This document shows, piece after piece, positions 52,727-64,000 of a stretch of DNA of 64,000 nucleotides. The position numbers were made by a program, and so were the translations under genes. The stretch lies in the NCBI GenBank assembly GCA_032718475.1, contig JAUCBJ010008896.1, positions 202,330 through 266,329 on the forward strand. The letters are read 5' to 3'. The stretch is from Nemertoderma westbladi. Its lineage: Eukaryota; Animalia; Xenacoelomorpha. Under the pieces are notes generated by a model. That model saw only the letters and a program-made list of their open reading frames with translations. It ran no database searches and was not told the DNA's origin. Positions within the stretch are counted from its first letter, which is position 1. Every line of letters begins with the position of its first letter.

Positions 52727-53110
52727 TTACCGTCCACAGTTAATTCTTTTCGCAATAGCTGCCACAGCGGCAGCGGCACCAGCCCCCGCAGCGAGTTTCG
52801 TGCCAATGCCGAGTAGGGGTGTTAGAAATGGAAGTATACCACCAGATTGATTGGTTAACTTTTTTCTGTAACTTGATATATTTTTTGCTTTGCGATTGAG
52901 TGATTTTAATACCTTTTTATAACGACGAATATTTCTAAATAAATGAGGGGTCAATTGTACATTACCTTTTAGAACATTTAAAGCTGTATTTACAATGAGA
53001 CGTATTAATTCCTTACTCGCGCTATAATTAATAAAATAAGTTCTTTGTTGAGGGGTGGCGCTGCGTAAAAATTCCAATTCGTTACGATATTTCTGCGCAA
53101 GTCTATTCAT
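52727..53110 (-). CDS. Conserved Polinton small basic protein with QxGG motif (putative protease-processed virion protein)
   Basis: ALNVLKGNVQL..RKKL.NQSGGILPFL.PLL; lies next to the ATPase. Confidence 0.75.
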   Translation of the reverse strand: MNRLAQKYRNELEFLRSATPQQRTYFINYSASKELIRLIVNTALNVLKGNVQLTPHLFRNIRRYKKVLKSLNRKAKNISSYRKKLTNQSGGILPFLTPLLGIGTKLAAGAGAAAAVAAIAKRINCGR

Positions 53111-53152
53111 TGTTGCGACATTATTTAAAATTTTTACAAAATATGAATATTA

Positions 53153-53184
<32 letters not shown>

Positions 53185-53189
53185 CACTA

Positions 53190-53753
53190 CGTTTATAGTC
53201 AATGTAATTTTTAATGTAACAATTATGATTACGAAATATATCCGATCTAAATCTTAAATGTTCCGGTGTTTCCTGACGTAAATCAATTAAGAAATGTGAA
53301 TAGTCGCATGCCCGGGTAACATTTGCTTCGCGAAATTTAAAACCAATAAACTATCTCGCGGATTTTTCATTAATACTAAGGTATGGCTATTAATTGATCT
53401 GTACAGTTATGCTTCCCACCGTAAAACATGTTTTGCGTTATGAAACAAATAAATATATTGGAATGATGAGCAACCTTAGTAAATAATACAGTTAAGGCTG
53501 TACTGGACTCAGTTTCTTTTAATAAATCGTCTATAATTAATAAATCTCGACTATTTACTAAACTATCTATATTTTCGGGTAAACCTTTGTAAAGGTGGGT
53601 AATACCAGGAATAGTTGGGGGATTGCTCCCGTAACAATACAATACTCGCAAGGATGATTCGTTGAAGCAACCATTCTTGTGTTTGATTAAGTTGCCGACA
53701 AAGGTAGATTTACCTGAACCGGATGGACCTGAAATAATCATACTCGTTCCCAT
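53190..53753 (-). pseudogene. A32/FtsK-like genome packaging ATPase
   Basis: GPSGSGKST (Walker A), LLIIDDLL (Walker B), FTK.AHH..ITQN; frameshifted tail FLIDL..TPEHLRFRSDIF. Confidence 0.88.
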
Positions 53754-53989
53754 TTGAAAATTTAAATTATATGGTCCTGAATTAAAGTCAGCCCTTTATT
53801 ATTATTAAGATATATCAACAATATAATATAATAGAACATAAATATAAATATAAGGAACCATCACCATTACTATGTATATAACAATAATTGATGCAACTAC
53901 AGTATATTTATGGGTATATTTAATTAACATGTGTCACAACTATGTGTCACAACTAAAGGTGCTATTTCCGAATATAGGAATTATATATT

Positions 53990-54230
53990 TCATTCTATGT
54001 AATTCCAAGCATTAGCATAATTATACGCGAGATAGTGATAGGTAATAGTAACAGCCGTTAAATCACTTCCCCGGAATTTTGCGCTAATTATTTTTATATG
54101 TTCGCTGTTGAAAAAATAAGGGACATAGTAGCAGCATCTTCTTACTATATTTCGATAAAAAATAGTTTTTATGAATGAAAATATCGGTGAATACTTTGAT
54201 TCATTTGGAGTGTTCCCCCCAGCTCGTATA
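53990..54230. pseudogene. Adenain-like cysteine protease remnant (rearranged)
   Basis: GEYFDSFG on the + strand at ~54186-54210; a possible Cys segment (CCYY..F) on the - strand. Confidence 0.4.
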
Positions 54231-55053
54231 AAAGACCGGCTGTGCTGTATAAAAGACAATGAAATGGACAAGAACACCCTCTACATACGTGTTGAAGGGA
54301 TTCTGTAAAAACTGACACACCTCTACGTAAGTTTGGAAAAGACTTCAAACAAATTGAAAAGATACTCGCATGTTGGTTACGGAACAAAGCCATAATGAAT
54401 TGATATTACGAATTGTGTTACAATGTGTTATATCTTAAATGTTACTACGATATATCTTAAATGTTACTCTGTTATATGTATATATGTTATGTTATAAATA
54501 TATATTTCAATGTTGCTATATTAAAAATATGAAAATAGTCTACTGTATTTGATTTTTCTTTTTCATATAATTTTTCAATTTTTTTATAATTTTTCAAATA
54601 ATATAAGGGTTAAACAAAGAACATCAAAACAGTTAAACAGTAAAACATTTATATGACAAGTTACAATAGACAAGTAACATAAAGTTTAGTTTATAATTTG
54701 AGTAGTTTAGTTTATATCCACAGCATCTAGCTTTATCTTTTTCTGTTCTATTTGAGGACAGAGAGCTAATTTTCGTTGAATATCTTTTAGAGACATCGGG
54801 GGAAGCATTAGGGTGAAATAGATTGAGGTGGATCTGCTTGGGGAGGAAAACCACATCTTTTAGTGTGCGTTTGAGAAAGTTGATGCAACACTCAACAGCA
54901 TAGTTTGAGGGTAAGGTTAATTTGTTTGTTGTCTTCAGGTTGACAATAATTATTTCTGATGGTGTATGTTGAATGTGAAAAAGGGGGGGGGGGGGGGGGT
55001 GAGATAGTAATGGGAGGATGTGAATTGCTGAATGAGATGAAAGTTTGGAGAAA

Positions 55054-56357
55054 TCACTCGCTTTTATATTTAAACCATCGGTAAACTGAAACGTAGTTTA
55101 TTTCAATTATTTTTTGATGACAGATGGCAACATAAGCTTCACCTTTGAATGAATAAATGAAAGCTGCTACTGATTCGTATAAATCAAGACACTGGTGATT
55201 AGGTAGTTGTAGTTGCTTTGGTTCACAATCACTATTGTTAGCCAATGACTGTAGTTCAGAGAGTGCTTCTCGGGCGCGATCTATATTGTCAATACAGAAC
55301 ATGTAGTCATAGCGTCTGTCGGAAATTTCGAGGGTTTCACAGTTGAAAACAGTATACATTTTTATTCGATCTGAAATTAATTCTTCGTGGTTCACCTCAT
55401 CGTAACATTCGTATCCTTCGACTGCAGAATCAAACCATGAAATTTTAAGAAGCAACCTCAACTCCACTCACGATTGCGATGTTTCTTTTATTATTAATAT
55501 TTGTGATATAACCAAAAGTAGAACTATTGAAAGAAACATAGTTCCCTGGCTCTAAAACAATGTGCACCGCGAGATTGGATTGATGTAAGGACAAGAAATC
55601 TTTATATAATGTTGTAGTAAAGCAGCCACAGTGTCTGAGATGGTTAACCAAGCCCCATCTACTCATCTACTGTATCTTCTAGTTTTTTTTAAATCAAAAG
55701 GTTTCAGTGGGGAGGTTTTCAAATAAGGAAGAACTTTAAAATTAAAACCAAAATAAAGTGTTTGCAGTTGTTGTAGAAACAAGTTATTTCATTCAATTGT
55801 TCAATAAAAGTTAGTACATCGTACCCAAACAGTTTGAAGAAACGAGTTTCATCTTTTATGGAGTGAATAGGGGCATTCCAAATAATTAAAAGAATTGAGT
55901 TTGAAATATTATGAAAATCAAACAGACAAAAAAGGAAGCTTTGAGAGTTGACATACCAAGGAGTTTGTTTGAAGATTCTTGTGTTACATTGTCGTGGATA
56001 TTCAACAATCGGTTGGGGTATTACAAATGATTCTAATGAGGTTGTCAGATTGAACATTATATTCGATTCTGATTTGTGCAGTTTGAAACCATGGTTTGCG
56101 GAATGAAATTTATCATTATTTAGAGTTTGATATTGACCATCCTTCAATTCAAAGCAGGAGTATATAATGAAATGCGCATAATTTGTTTGAATGAGATGGA
56201 GTTGGTTAGATGAAGTGGTAACCGTCATTGGAAACAGTTTATTTGTAGGATCAAAATATAAACCAAATGAGATGTCTGAAAGAGATATTTGATTTTCGTT
56301 GGAAACAATTTTGACTTGAGGGAAGTTGAACTTTTGATGGTGTTGAGCTTGATCCAT
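55054..56357 (-). pseudogene. Unidentified accessory ORFs or remnants
   Basis: Three co-oriented ORFs (55054-55467, 55445-55666, 55719-56357 from MDQAQ) with no recognisable motif. Confidence 0.35.
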
Positions 56358-57084
56358 CTTGAAGAAAATAGAATATGATAAATATAACAATAAATGTATT
56401 ATAACTTTGAATAAAAAGTAAGATAGCCGATAATATTTTTTGTAAGTGAAGTTCAATGCGATGGAAGGGGGTTTATAAGGGAAAGGGAAACCAATGAAAA
56501 TAAAAGTGAAGGGTTGGGGGAACCAATATAAATAAAAATATTTTGTGAGAGACGTGCGTGCAATTGGATTGAGGGAATAAACACATTTCGCGAAACACAT
56601 GTCATTGGGGTAATTAAATGTAATACATTACAGTAGTTACGATGGGAAATGGGGAAAGTTGATTTGAGATGTTTGTGGGGGGTGTGCTGGAGAAGTGCAT
56701 GTAGTGGGTTGGGAGCCAGTTAAACTATGGGCTATTTACTGCGTTAGTTTGGGTATCACAATGTTAAACTATCTGAAGATATATTTTAGGCTTGGCGTGG
56801 CATGGGATTATGCATTAATTCTTACATAACACTACAGTAGTAGAGACGGTTAGGGATTAACTATGTGGTTTTTGGGTAGCTTCGAATATGTGGATCGTGT
56901 GTGTGGTTAAACAACCCTTTGTCAAATTACACGCGCTTAATGAATTATAATAAAATTAGTAATTAATGTTTAATTAAATTCATATTTAGATTCAGTTGCA
57001 ATTAAAAAAACATGACAAGGTATTATTGATATTAAACTTAAAATATATCAATGGGATAATCATTATAGGCTCGTTAAGCCAAGG

Positions 57085-57270
57085 AATCTGTTCACCACCA
57101 TGGGTGATCTTCCACAGTAAACCCCTCCACCCTGTTTCCTAAATGAATGCCTGTTCACCACATTGGGTGATCTTCCACAGTAAACCCCTCCACCCTGTTT
57201 CCTAAAGGAATGCCTGTTCACCACCATGGGTGATCTTCCACAGTAAACCCTTCCACTCTGTTTCCCAAGT
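57085..57270. repeat. 63-bp tandem repeat, ~3 copies
   Basis: ctgttcaccaccatgggtgatcttccacagtaaacccctccaccctgtttcctaa. Confidence 0.9.
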
Positions 57271-60200
57271 TGCCTTGGTTCCCATTTATCAACCACTGAA
57301 GGATGAAAGCCAGGGTTGGGCTATGTATATATACTGTATTTATGAAAATATGTATTCTGAAAACTGTTGTAAATTCTTTGCGTATTTATTTATTTGTTTT
57401 GCTACTATGTAGTTGAATTACAAAGAACATATTCTATTGTGAAGGACATACAAATGTTCATATGTAGTATTGGATTGGAACATGTGGGATGGTGATGATG
57501 GTGAGGAAAGCACAAATATAGTAGAAGAAGAGAACCAGAAGGAACCGATGGAACTCGTGGAGGGGAAGTGAGAAGGAAGGAAATGCTTCAGATACGTAAT
57601 GAGGACAAACACAAGGGAATCTAACACAGCGGAGGTAGTGGTGCTTACTACCTACTGTATCTTACTCACAGTGTTGCAAGGTTTGGATCTGTAGGCCTAC
57701 TGTACAATATTAACCACCATATACTTTCACCGCATTACTCTCGCTCTCAGCTAATAAGATGGGCATGAACCATCTGCTGCTGCCTTTATGTCAACCTTTT
57801 TGTTGAACGCACGTGAGGAAATAAAGTGGTAGATATCGCCGCGACTTGGAAAGAGGAACAATATTGAATACGTCTGGTCCCCCTGACACCATCAACCTCA
57901 ATAGATTTCAACAGCTCCAAACATAATATTACTTTCTGATCGTTAAACTGCTGTACATAAGCTTCCAACAACTGCTATAGGCCCAAACAAATTGAAGAAA
58001 ATATGGCAGAGCAATGCTAGAAAGACAATAACCACTTACTACAGTATAGACCAAACTAAACTGGCCTGGCTGGCTGGAAATAGCCAGTATCTGTTAATGT
58101 TGACGATCTCGGGCGTTATTTTAGATGATAACTCTCCGATCTCGAATAGGATATTTCAAAAAGATATTGCCGAAAGTTGTGAAAAATACAGTAGTTGGGT
58201 ACCCCCGTTGGCAATATCCTTATGGCCCGTATCATTAAAGATTAGGGTGGAGTGAAAAAAAAAAATTCTTTACTTTTAAGAGAAGCACTATTTTTCTGAT
58301 GCCAAATCGGTCTAAACTAACATTGCAAAAAAAAATTTTGATTTTGAAAAATGCTAAACGGGCCTCACGACACTTGAAAATTTCAAATTTTTGGGAAGGC
58401 AATGCCAGTTTTGAAATTCTTAGATATTTTGTATTTTTGATAAAAGTTAAGGAAGATGCAAATATATAATGTCAAATAGGTTGGAAATAAACACAAAATG
58501 TGAAATTGTGATTTTCATACAAATCTACCCCAGCCTCATGGCCTTTAAAATTTTGCAAAATTTGCCAAATTTCACACTTAAGGGGGGGGGGGGGGGGGGG
58601 GGGTAGCGAATTTTCTGACCAAAAAGACGAATTTTTGAAACATATTCTATCTGATGCAGAATTTCATGCTGAATCCAAATATGGAAACCGTTTTCCCATA
58701 TCTTGCTTAGTTTTCGAGATATCATGGATAGAAGATACTGGCTCTGATATATCGCGATATCGGTAAAGGCGATGGAGTTTGGGTTTGCATTCAATTTCTG
58801 CAAATTTCTGAGCTCATTGGCGCCAATTGGATGTCTCCACGAGAAAGAGCACAAAATTTTAGTTCAGATGGTATTTTTTTATGATTATTGGATCAACGTT
58901 TCAGTTTATAAGACAACTTCAAGTCTCCGGAACGAAGATGGGACTCGAATAAGCGACTCGCGGTCTTTGCGGGATTATACGGAATAGACTTATCGGTCAT
59001 CAGAGATCTTTAAAATGTATAATCTGTAAAAGCCTTTGCTGAATTGCCCCGTTATTTTTATTATCTTTTACATTAAAATACTCTGTAGTTGATTTAATAA
59101 GTGTAAGAGACCGTATTATTGCTGTATCGGTGTTTTTAGAGGATCTAAGATCTATTTCCTCCGTATGTGTACTGTGAAAGGCATATTTTATGATTCTATG
59201 GCAATTCGTGACGCAAAGGGGTGATAGCTACTCTTGAACAGTAGTTACTATGACTACGGTTAACAGCTGACATTCATACGTGTTGATTTCCTTTGTTCTA
59301 CGGCGTCTCTCAGTTCAGTCAGCCAATTAGAGCGTTTTTGTGGCTCCTTGTACAGAAAATTTCCGAGAAATGACGCAATGCCTATGTGCAGTGTTTACAT
59401 TCAGTCCTGAGCCAAAGAAAGAACGGCTTGGAAGTATTTTGTGCTTTACTGTTTTTTAGTCTTACACTAGTAGGTTTAATTATAAAGGGCATATATCCTT
59501 TAACCTAACGACTACTGCTGACTGATCATACATACTGAATGCTGAAACATTGCAAACTCATAACAATCAGTGTTTTCATTGTTGTTTTATACTGCTATTT
59601 ACTGTCAGTTCTTCATAACATGGTTGATGAATGATTATATTTGGAATAACGATAAATAACCCCGAAACCCAATATTCTTGATATACCGAAGGTAAGAGAG
59701 AAGGGTTACAGATAAACGATTGTGACTTATGTTAAAGTGGTTTGAAGTGAATCTAATGTTATTTGATAGACCCTACATGAGTCAGTCTGTGTTCCTTTTA
59801 TATGTGACTAAAATCAGTGAAGATTGGCAGATTAGTGTGCAGTATTGTGCAGCATTGTGTATGAGTGAGACTGTTAAAGAAGCAATTCCTAAAGAATGCG
59901 CCATATATGTGAATTATAATTAAGCCATATCGTTGTGAGTAGTTTAAGTCATAACTCTGTTTATATAGATAAAGCGCCACGTCCTAAAGGAACTGTTAAT
60001 ATTCCCGAAGGTGAATAATATTGTCAGAGATTATATAATACTGTCAGTCGAATAATACATTAGGCTTACATAGCAATAAAATTAAACCGTCGAACCCAAT
60101 CTCCCGGGAATATCCAGCGGGTGAATGGTCGCGCACGGATTGGTTTCGACTAGTGTAGTGAATCAAATACTTGTCATAGACTAAAAACCGATTTAATATC

Positions 60201-60554
60201 TAGAAGACATCTTAATTTGGTGGGTTAAACTGCCAAAGGTCTGAAAGCGCGAACATTAAAGGATATAGCTTCTTTGTTGCAGTAAGCAATAAAGTTGAAA
60301 GTACCGGTCAACCGGTAAACCTGAACCGGTACATTCTGTAGGTCAGTAGGCCTAACTGTTCTAACCGGTACTTCCGTATAAGTACATTAGTATTATTCGA
60401 TTTGATTATTATATACCAGTAGGCCTTAATAATTAATCAGGGACTGCAGCCCTGGTTTTTTATTGAGATTTTTACTTATTTCTGTCAAGTTTTATTTGTT
60501 TGTAGGCCAGTATTGAACAGAAGGCGTGTAAACCTGATCAGATTGTACAGGCAA

Positions 60555-61120
60555 TTTGTAGGCTGAGCTGTTGTCTGATTGCTGTTAAGTCTGAACGGAT
60601 TACAGTGTGTGTAGAGCACTTGTCCGATTAAGTACGGTTAGGAAGTAGGGGCAGCCAATGCGGTAAGGTAAACCCCCAACTAAAGAATAAGTCGCACTAC
60701 TGGGTTAGAGCGCATACTCCCTAATCATTTCGGAGTCTGCATGTCCTGTAGTTTATTTAGGCTTGAGAGTAGTCTGCCATCGTTTAGTCTGTACTTTGTT
60801 TGTGTAAGTCTGTACGGGTAGCGTATAATTTTATTTAAATAATTTGTAGGCTGGATAGTTGTCTGGCTGTTATTAGGTCTGAACGGATTGCCGCGTGTGT
60901 AGATCATCTGTCCGATTAAGTACGATTAGGCAGTAGGGGCAGCGAACGCTGTAAGGTAAACCCCCAACTAAAGAATAAGTCGCACTACTGGGTTAGAGCG
61001 CATACTCCCTAATCATTTCGGAGTCTGCATATACCGTGGTTTGTTTAGGTTTGATAGTAGTCTGTCAGTGTTCGGTCTGTATTTTGTTTGAGTAGTTTGT
61101 ACGCGTAGCGTAATATTTAT
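60555..61120. repeat. ~289-bp direct tandem duplication
   Basis: Shared core taaggtaaacccccaactaaagaataagtcgcactactgggttagagcgcatactccctaatcatttcggagtctgca. Confidence 0.9.
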
Positions 61121-62443
61121 TATTCAGAGTTTATGCGATTATTCGCAACATTCAAGTCCCCAAGTTTGTTCCTACAGTAATTGTGTTTGTTATACATACC
61201 GCTATAGTTAAATTAACCTCGGTACTACACGGGCTGCTTGGCGTAGGTAAAGACTGGTGATTTTGTGCATCGGTCACTCCAGCAGATGCCGTGGTTCTTT
61301 TAGCTGTTCAAGTATATTTAATTACTGATTATCTGTTGTACAAGTACTCGTACCTAATTTAGGGTTTAGTGTACAGTGCTTTCCGAGAATAATTAGTGTA
61401 GGCATTATATTTGTGTTGTAAAGTGGTTGATAGGCACATTCGATTAGCTCTATTAACTTCTAGGTAGGAACACTCCGTGATACATAACGTAGAACCTATA
61501 GCGATACGGCTATAGGTCGTCAGGCGGTGGTATTTTCCTATCTAGACAACGCAGTGTATTTACTACTACTTATTATTTCAAATACCGTAGTACCCTGTCC
61601 GTTGTAATAACCGGTTATCTAACCCTTTGTTAGGCTGGTTTGTAGACTTCTTGTAAAATTACCCTAAAAAATTCGTATTTGTGTTTTTGTAAATTTTTGT
61701 GTTTATTTAGAGATTGTAATCTCAACCCGAATTGTACGTAATTTGTAGTATTAAGTAACTTAGGTAAATTAGTATTATTTGTTTTAGTGTCCTATACGTA
61801 ACACTTCACTGAAAGCGCACCGCTTTGTGTAGTGATTACCCCAGAAATAATAACATTTATTTCAAACATAGACAAAACCCATTAAAACGGGTATATATAT
61901 ATTATAAATCAAATCTAACGATTTATAAATAGTAGGCCTACCATAAAACCATTAGGTCTCAATATCAGTTGGATTACTGCTCAAATAACGGTAATAAAGT
62001 AAGTAAAGTAACAAAGTAACCCTAAAGTAACAGAAATTCAATTATTTGAAATAATTGATATACCGGTATTTACGATAGGCCTATTATCTTTATTTCTATA
62101 AATCTAGGCTGAAATTATACCGGTACTTGTAATTAATTCTATTTCAGAATTATATATCCTACAAACTGTAAGCTGTATACCGGTATTCCGATAGGCCTAT
62201 TATATATTTATATATATTTGTGCTAAAATTATACCGGTATTCTGTGATAAACCTAGTCTGTAATAATACTTATATAGTTATATATACTATAAGTATACCG
62301 GTATTCTAATATATTATATATATATCACGCTACACTGAGTAGCAGTAACGGTAATTAATTACTAGGCTAGCAGTTCATACTGAGTTACTAGACTTGCTTA
62401 GACTGTAATATAGCAGTAGGCATTCAACTGTACATACCTAGTC

Positions 62444-64000
62444 ATGTCTGATACTAAGCAGAACCTGTCAGACAGTTTATTAGATGTAACTATCTGCGAC
62501 TCAGATAGAGACGTACAACCGTCTGGTCGTAAATCCAGTTCACCTCCCACTGTGAGGAAGGTCATCCCTCCAGTAGTAATAACAGAACCTAGGCTGGTCC
62601 AACATCGTAGGTCTATCATAGGCACTCGAGCTCAGGTCAAGCGGGACCAAAAGGCAGCGGAACAGCAACAACCCGCTAGTCAAGAACTTATTCCTCAGCG
62701 GCCCAGCAGCTCCAGTAGTGAGGATACTGTAGAGCTGACACCCGAGAGCGGAGCAGAGATGACGGATGCGGTTTATACGGATCCCCTTCTCATCCTTCCT
62801 GCAGCCGTGCTCGCTGGGTTATTGATCGCGGTGGAAGAACACCAGATCGATTGGGCGAGAAGTCAACGGTCAACTAGAGATAGCTACGCGGGATACACTA
62901 GTGAAGAACTGAAGTCTATTGTCGAGTCGCAATGGAACTTCCCCGGACCCGGACTCCCGTTTGATTTATCAGAAGCTGCCTGGGAAGACATACACCGGAT
63001 GGGAGTAGCCAAGGAAACCATCGATCCAGCTGTATGGAAGAGGTCCGCAGCCGGATACGCACAGGGATTCTTCAGCTCTATGGAGCGAGTAGAGAGACAA
63101 CTGTTTCAACAACCTCAAGGACCTCAAGAGCAGGGATCGCTGCTTTATCAAGTTAGAGAAAGAGTTCTGCGGATTAGGCTAATCTTATCCGCCTTTGAGG
63201 AGGCTTCTAAAAGAAGACAAGACACGTCGTTGCAAGTTGCCGTAAAGACTTGGTTTCAAAGAGTGAATCTCCAGGTTCGAGGAACTGCTCAGTGGAAAGC
63301 TCAGCTAGAGGAGCGATCAACCCATGGAGAATCAACAGACGCTACTTTTTCCCAAGTGGAAGGTGAAGCGACGACAGAGAAACCGCATAAGAGGGATGCC
63401 ATTGACATCTATCTGTCAGACTATCAGCGTTTCGTAGGTGATGAAGAGTTGCGGAGAAGACTAGATGGGCTTAGCCCTAATAGTGAAGGAGCCCAGCGTG
63501 TGTTGGATGCAATTGATGTGGATAGGTTAGCGGCGAACCAAGCTAAATTCGATGAACAACTCCGCATCGCTAGAGACCAAGAAGAACAAGTAAAGAAAAA
63601 ACGTATAGAAGACAGAAAGAAAGCAGCAGTAGTAGCTGCAGAAGCAGAAAGAAAGGCGGCAGCGGCCAAGGCAAAAGCGGCGGAGGCAGCGGCCAAGGCA
63701 AAAGCGGCAGAGGCAGCGGCAGAGGCAAAAGCGGCAGAGGCAGCGGCAGAGGCAAAAGCGGCAGAGGCAGCGGCAGAGGCAGCAGCAGAGACAAAAGTGG
63801 CAGAAGCAGAAAGGAAAGCGGCTGACGAAACCACCCAATTAGAATTGGAAAATATTCAGGAGAATCAAGACTGCATAAATAAACAGTTAGCAGCTAGTAA
63901 TATGCAGATGATGAATCGATCTACTCCCAAACGACAGGGATATACATCATCTGAGGAAGGCGATACCACCGACACTGAAGGCGGAAGAAATAGATCTCGT
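62444..64000 (+). CDS. Long ORF running off the window (>500 aa); probably gag/ORF1-like
   Basis: Manual translation from ATG 62444 (MSDTKQNLSDSLL..) stays open to the window end and includes an AAAEAKAAE helical repeat. It is absent from the ORF track because no stop falls inside the window. Confidence 0.7.
   Translation, partial: MSDTKQNLSDSLLDVTICDSDRDVQPSGRKSSSPPTVRKVIPPVVITEPRLVQHRRSIIGTRAQVKRDQKAAEQQQPASQELIPQRPSSSSSEDTVELTPESGAEMTDAVYTDPLLILPAAVLAGLLIAVEEHQIDWARSQRSTRDSYAGYTSEELKSIVESQWNFPGPGLPFDLSEAAWEDIHRMGVAKETIDPAVWKRSAAGYAQGFFSSMERVERQLFQQPQGPQEQGSLLYQVRERVLRIRLILSAFEEASKRRQDTSLQVAVKTWFQRVNLQVRGTAQWKAQLEERSTHGESTDATFSQVEGEATTEKPHKRDAIDIYLSDYQRFVGDEELRRRLDGLSPNSEGAQRVLDAIDVDRLAANQAKFDEQLRIARDQEEQVKKKRIEDRKKAAVVAAEAERKAAAAKAKAAEAAAKAKAAEAAAEAKAAEAAAEAKAAEAAAEAAAETKVAEAERKAADETTQLELENIQENQDCINKQLAASNMQMMNRSTPKRQGYTSSEEGDTTDTEGGRNRSR

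Noticed and set aside
58245-58760. Possible MITE(s) around ttagggtgg and ttaa(g)n
   Set aside because: No matching second terminus or TSD could be confirmed.
63424-63838. Minus-strand Ala-, Cys- or Pro-rich ORFs
   Set aside because: Antisense of the AAAEAK repeat in the + strand ORF.

Overview
This is eukaryotic (probably invertebrate) repeat-rich DNA with no recognisable host gene. It is a deep nest of mobile elements. The backbone is a decayed Polinton/Maverick (adintovirus-type) element with a split pPolB, integrase N-terminus, packaging ATPase, protease remnant and accessory ORFs (~9-57 kb). Its polB is interrupted by a tRNA-derived SINE and a CR1/L2-group LINE. That LINE is split by a second, non-autonomous Polinton-type element (12635-34157; AGTAGT-type termini, long TIRs, 6-bp TSD CAGTAC). 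This element in turn holds a truncated BEL/Pao LTR element, a fragment of a sister Polinton-type copy, RTEX-like LINEs and long microsatellites. A Gypsy element and a young, internally deleted BEL element sit further right. The most notable result is apparent small-RNA/piRNA-pathway cargo. There are three intronless, miniaturised GTSF1/Asterix-like genes (2x CHHC fingers plus an acidic Trp tail) in the TIR elements, Maelstrom/DEDD-like remnants, and a DEDDy exonuclease with three CCHC knuckles carried as an extra ORF by the BEL element. All homology calls come from motif recognition by eye; no database search was run.
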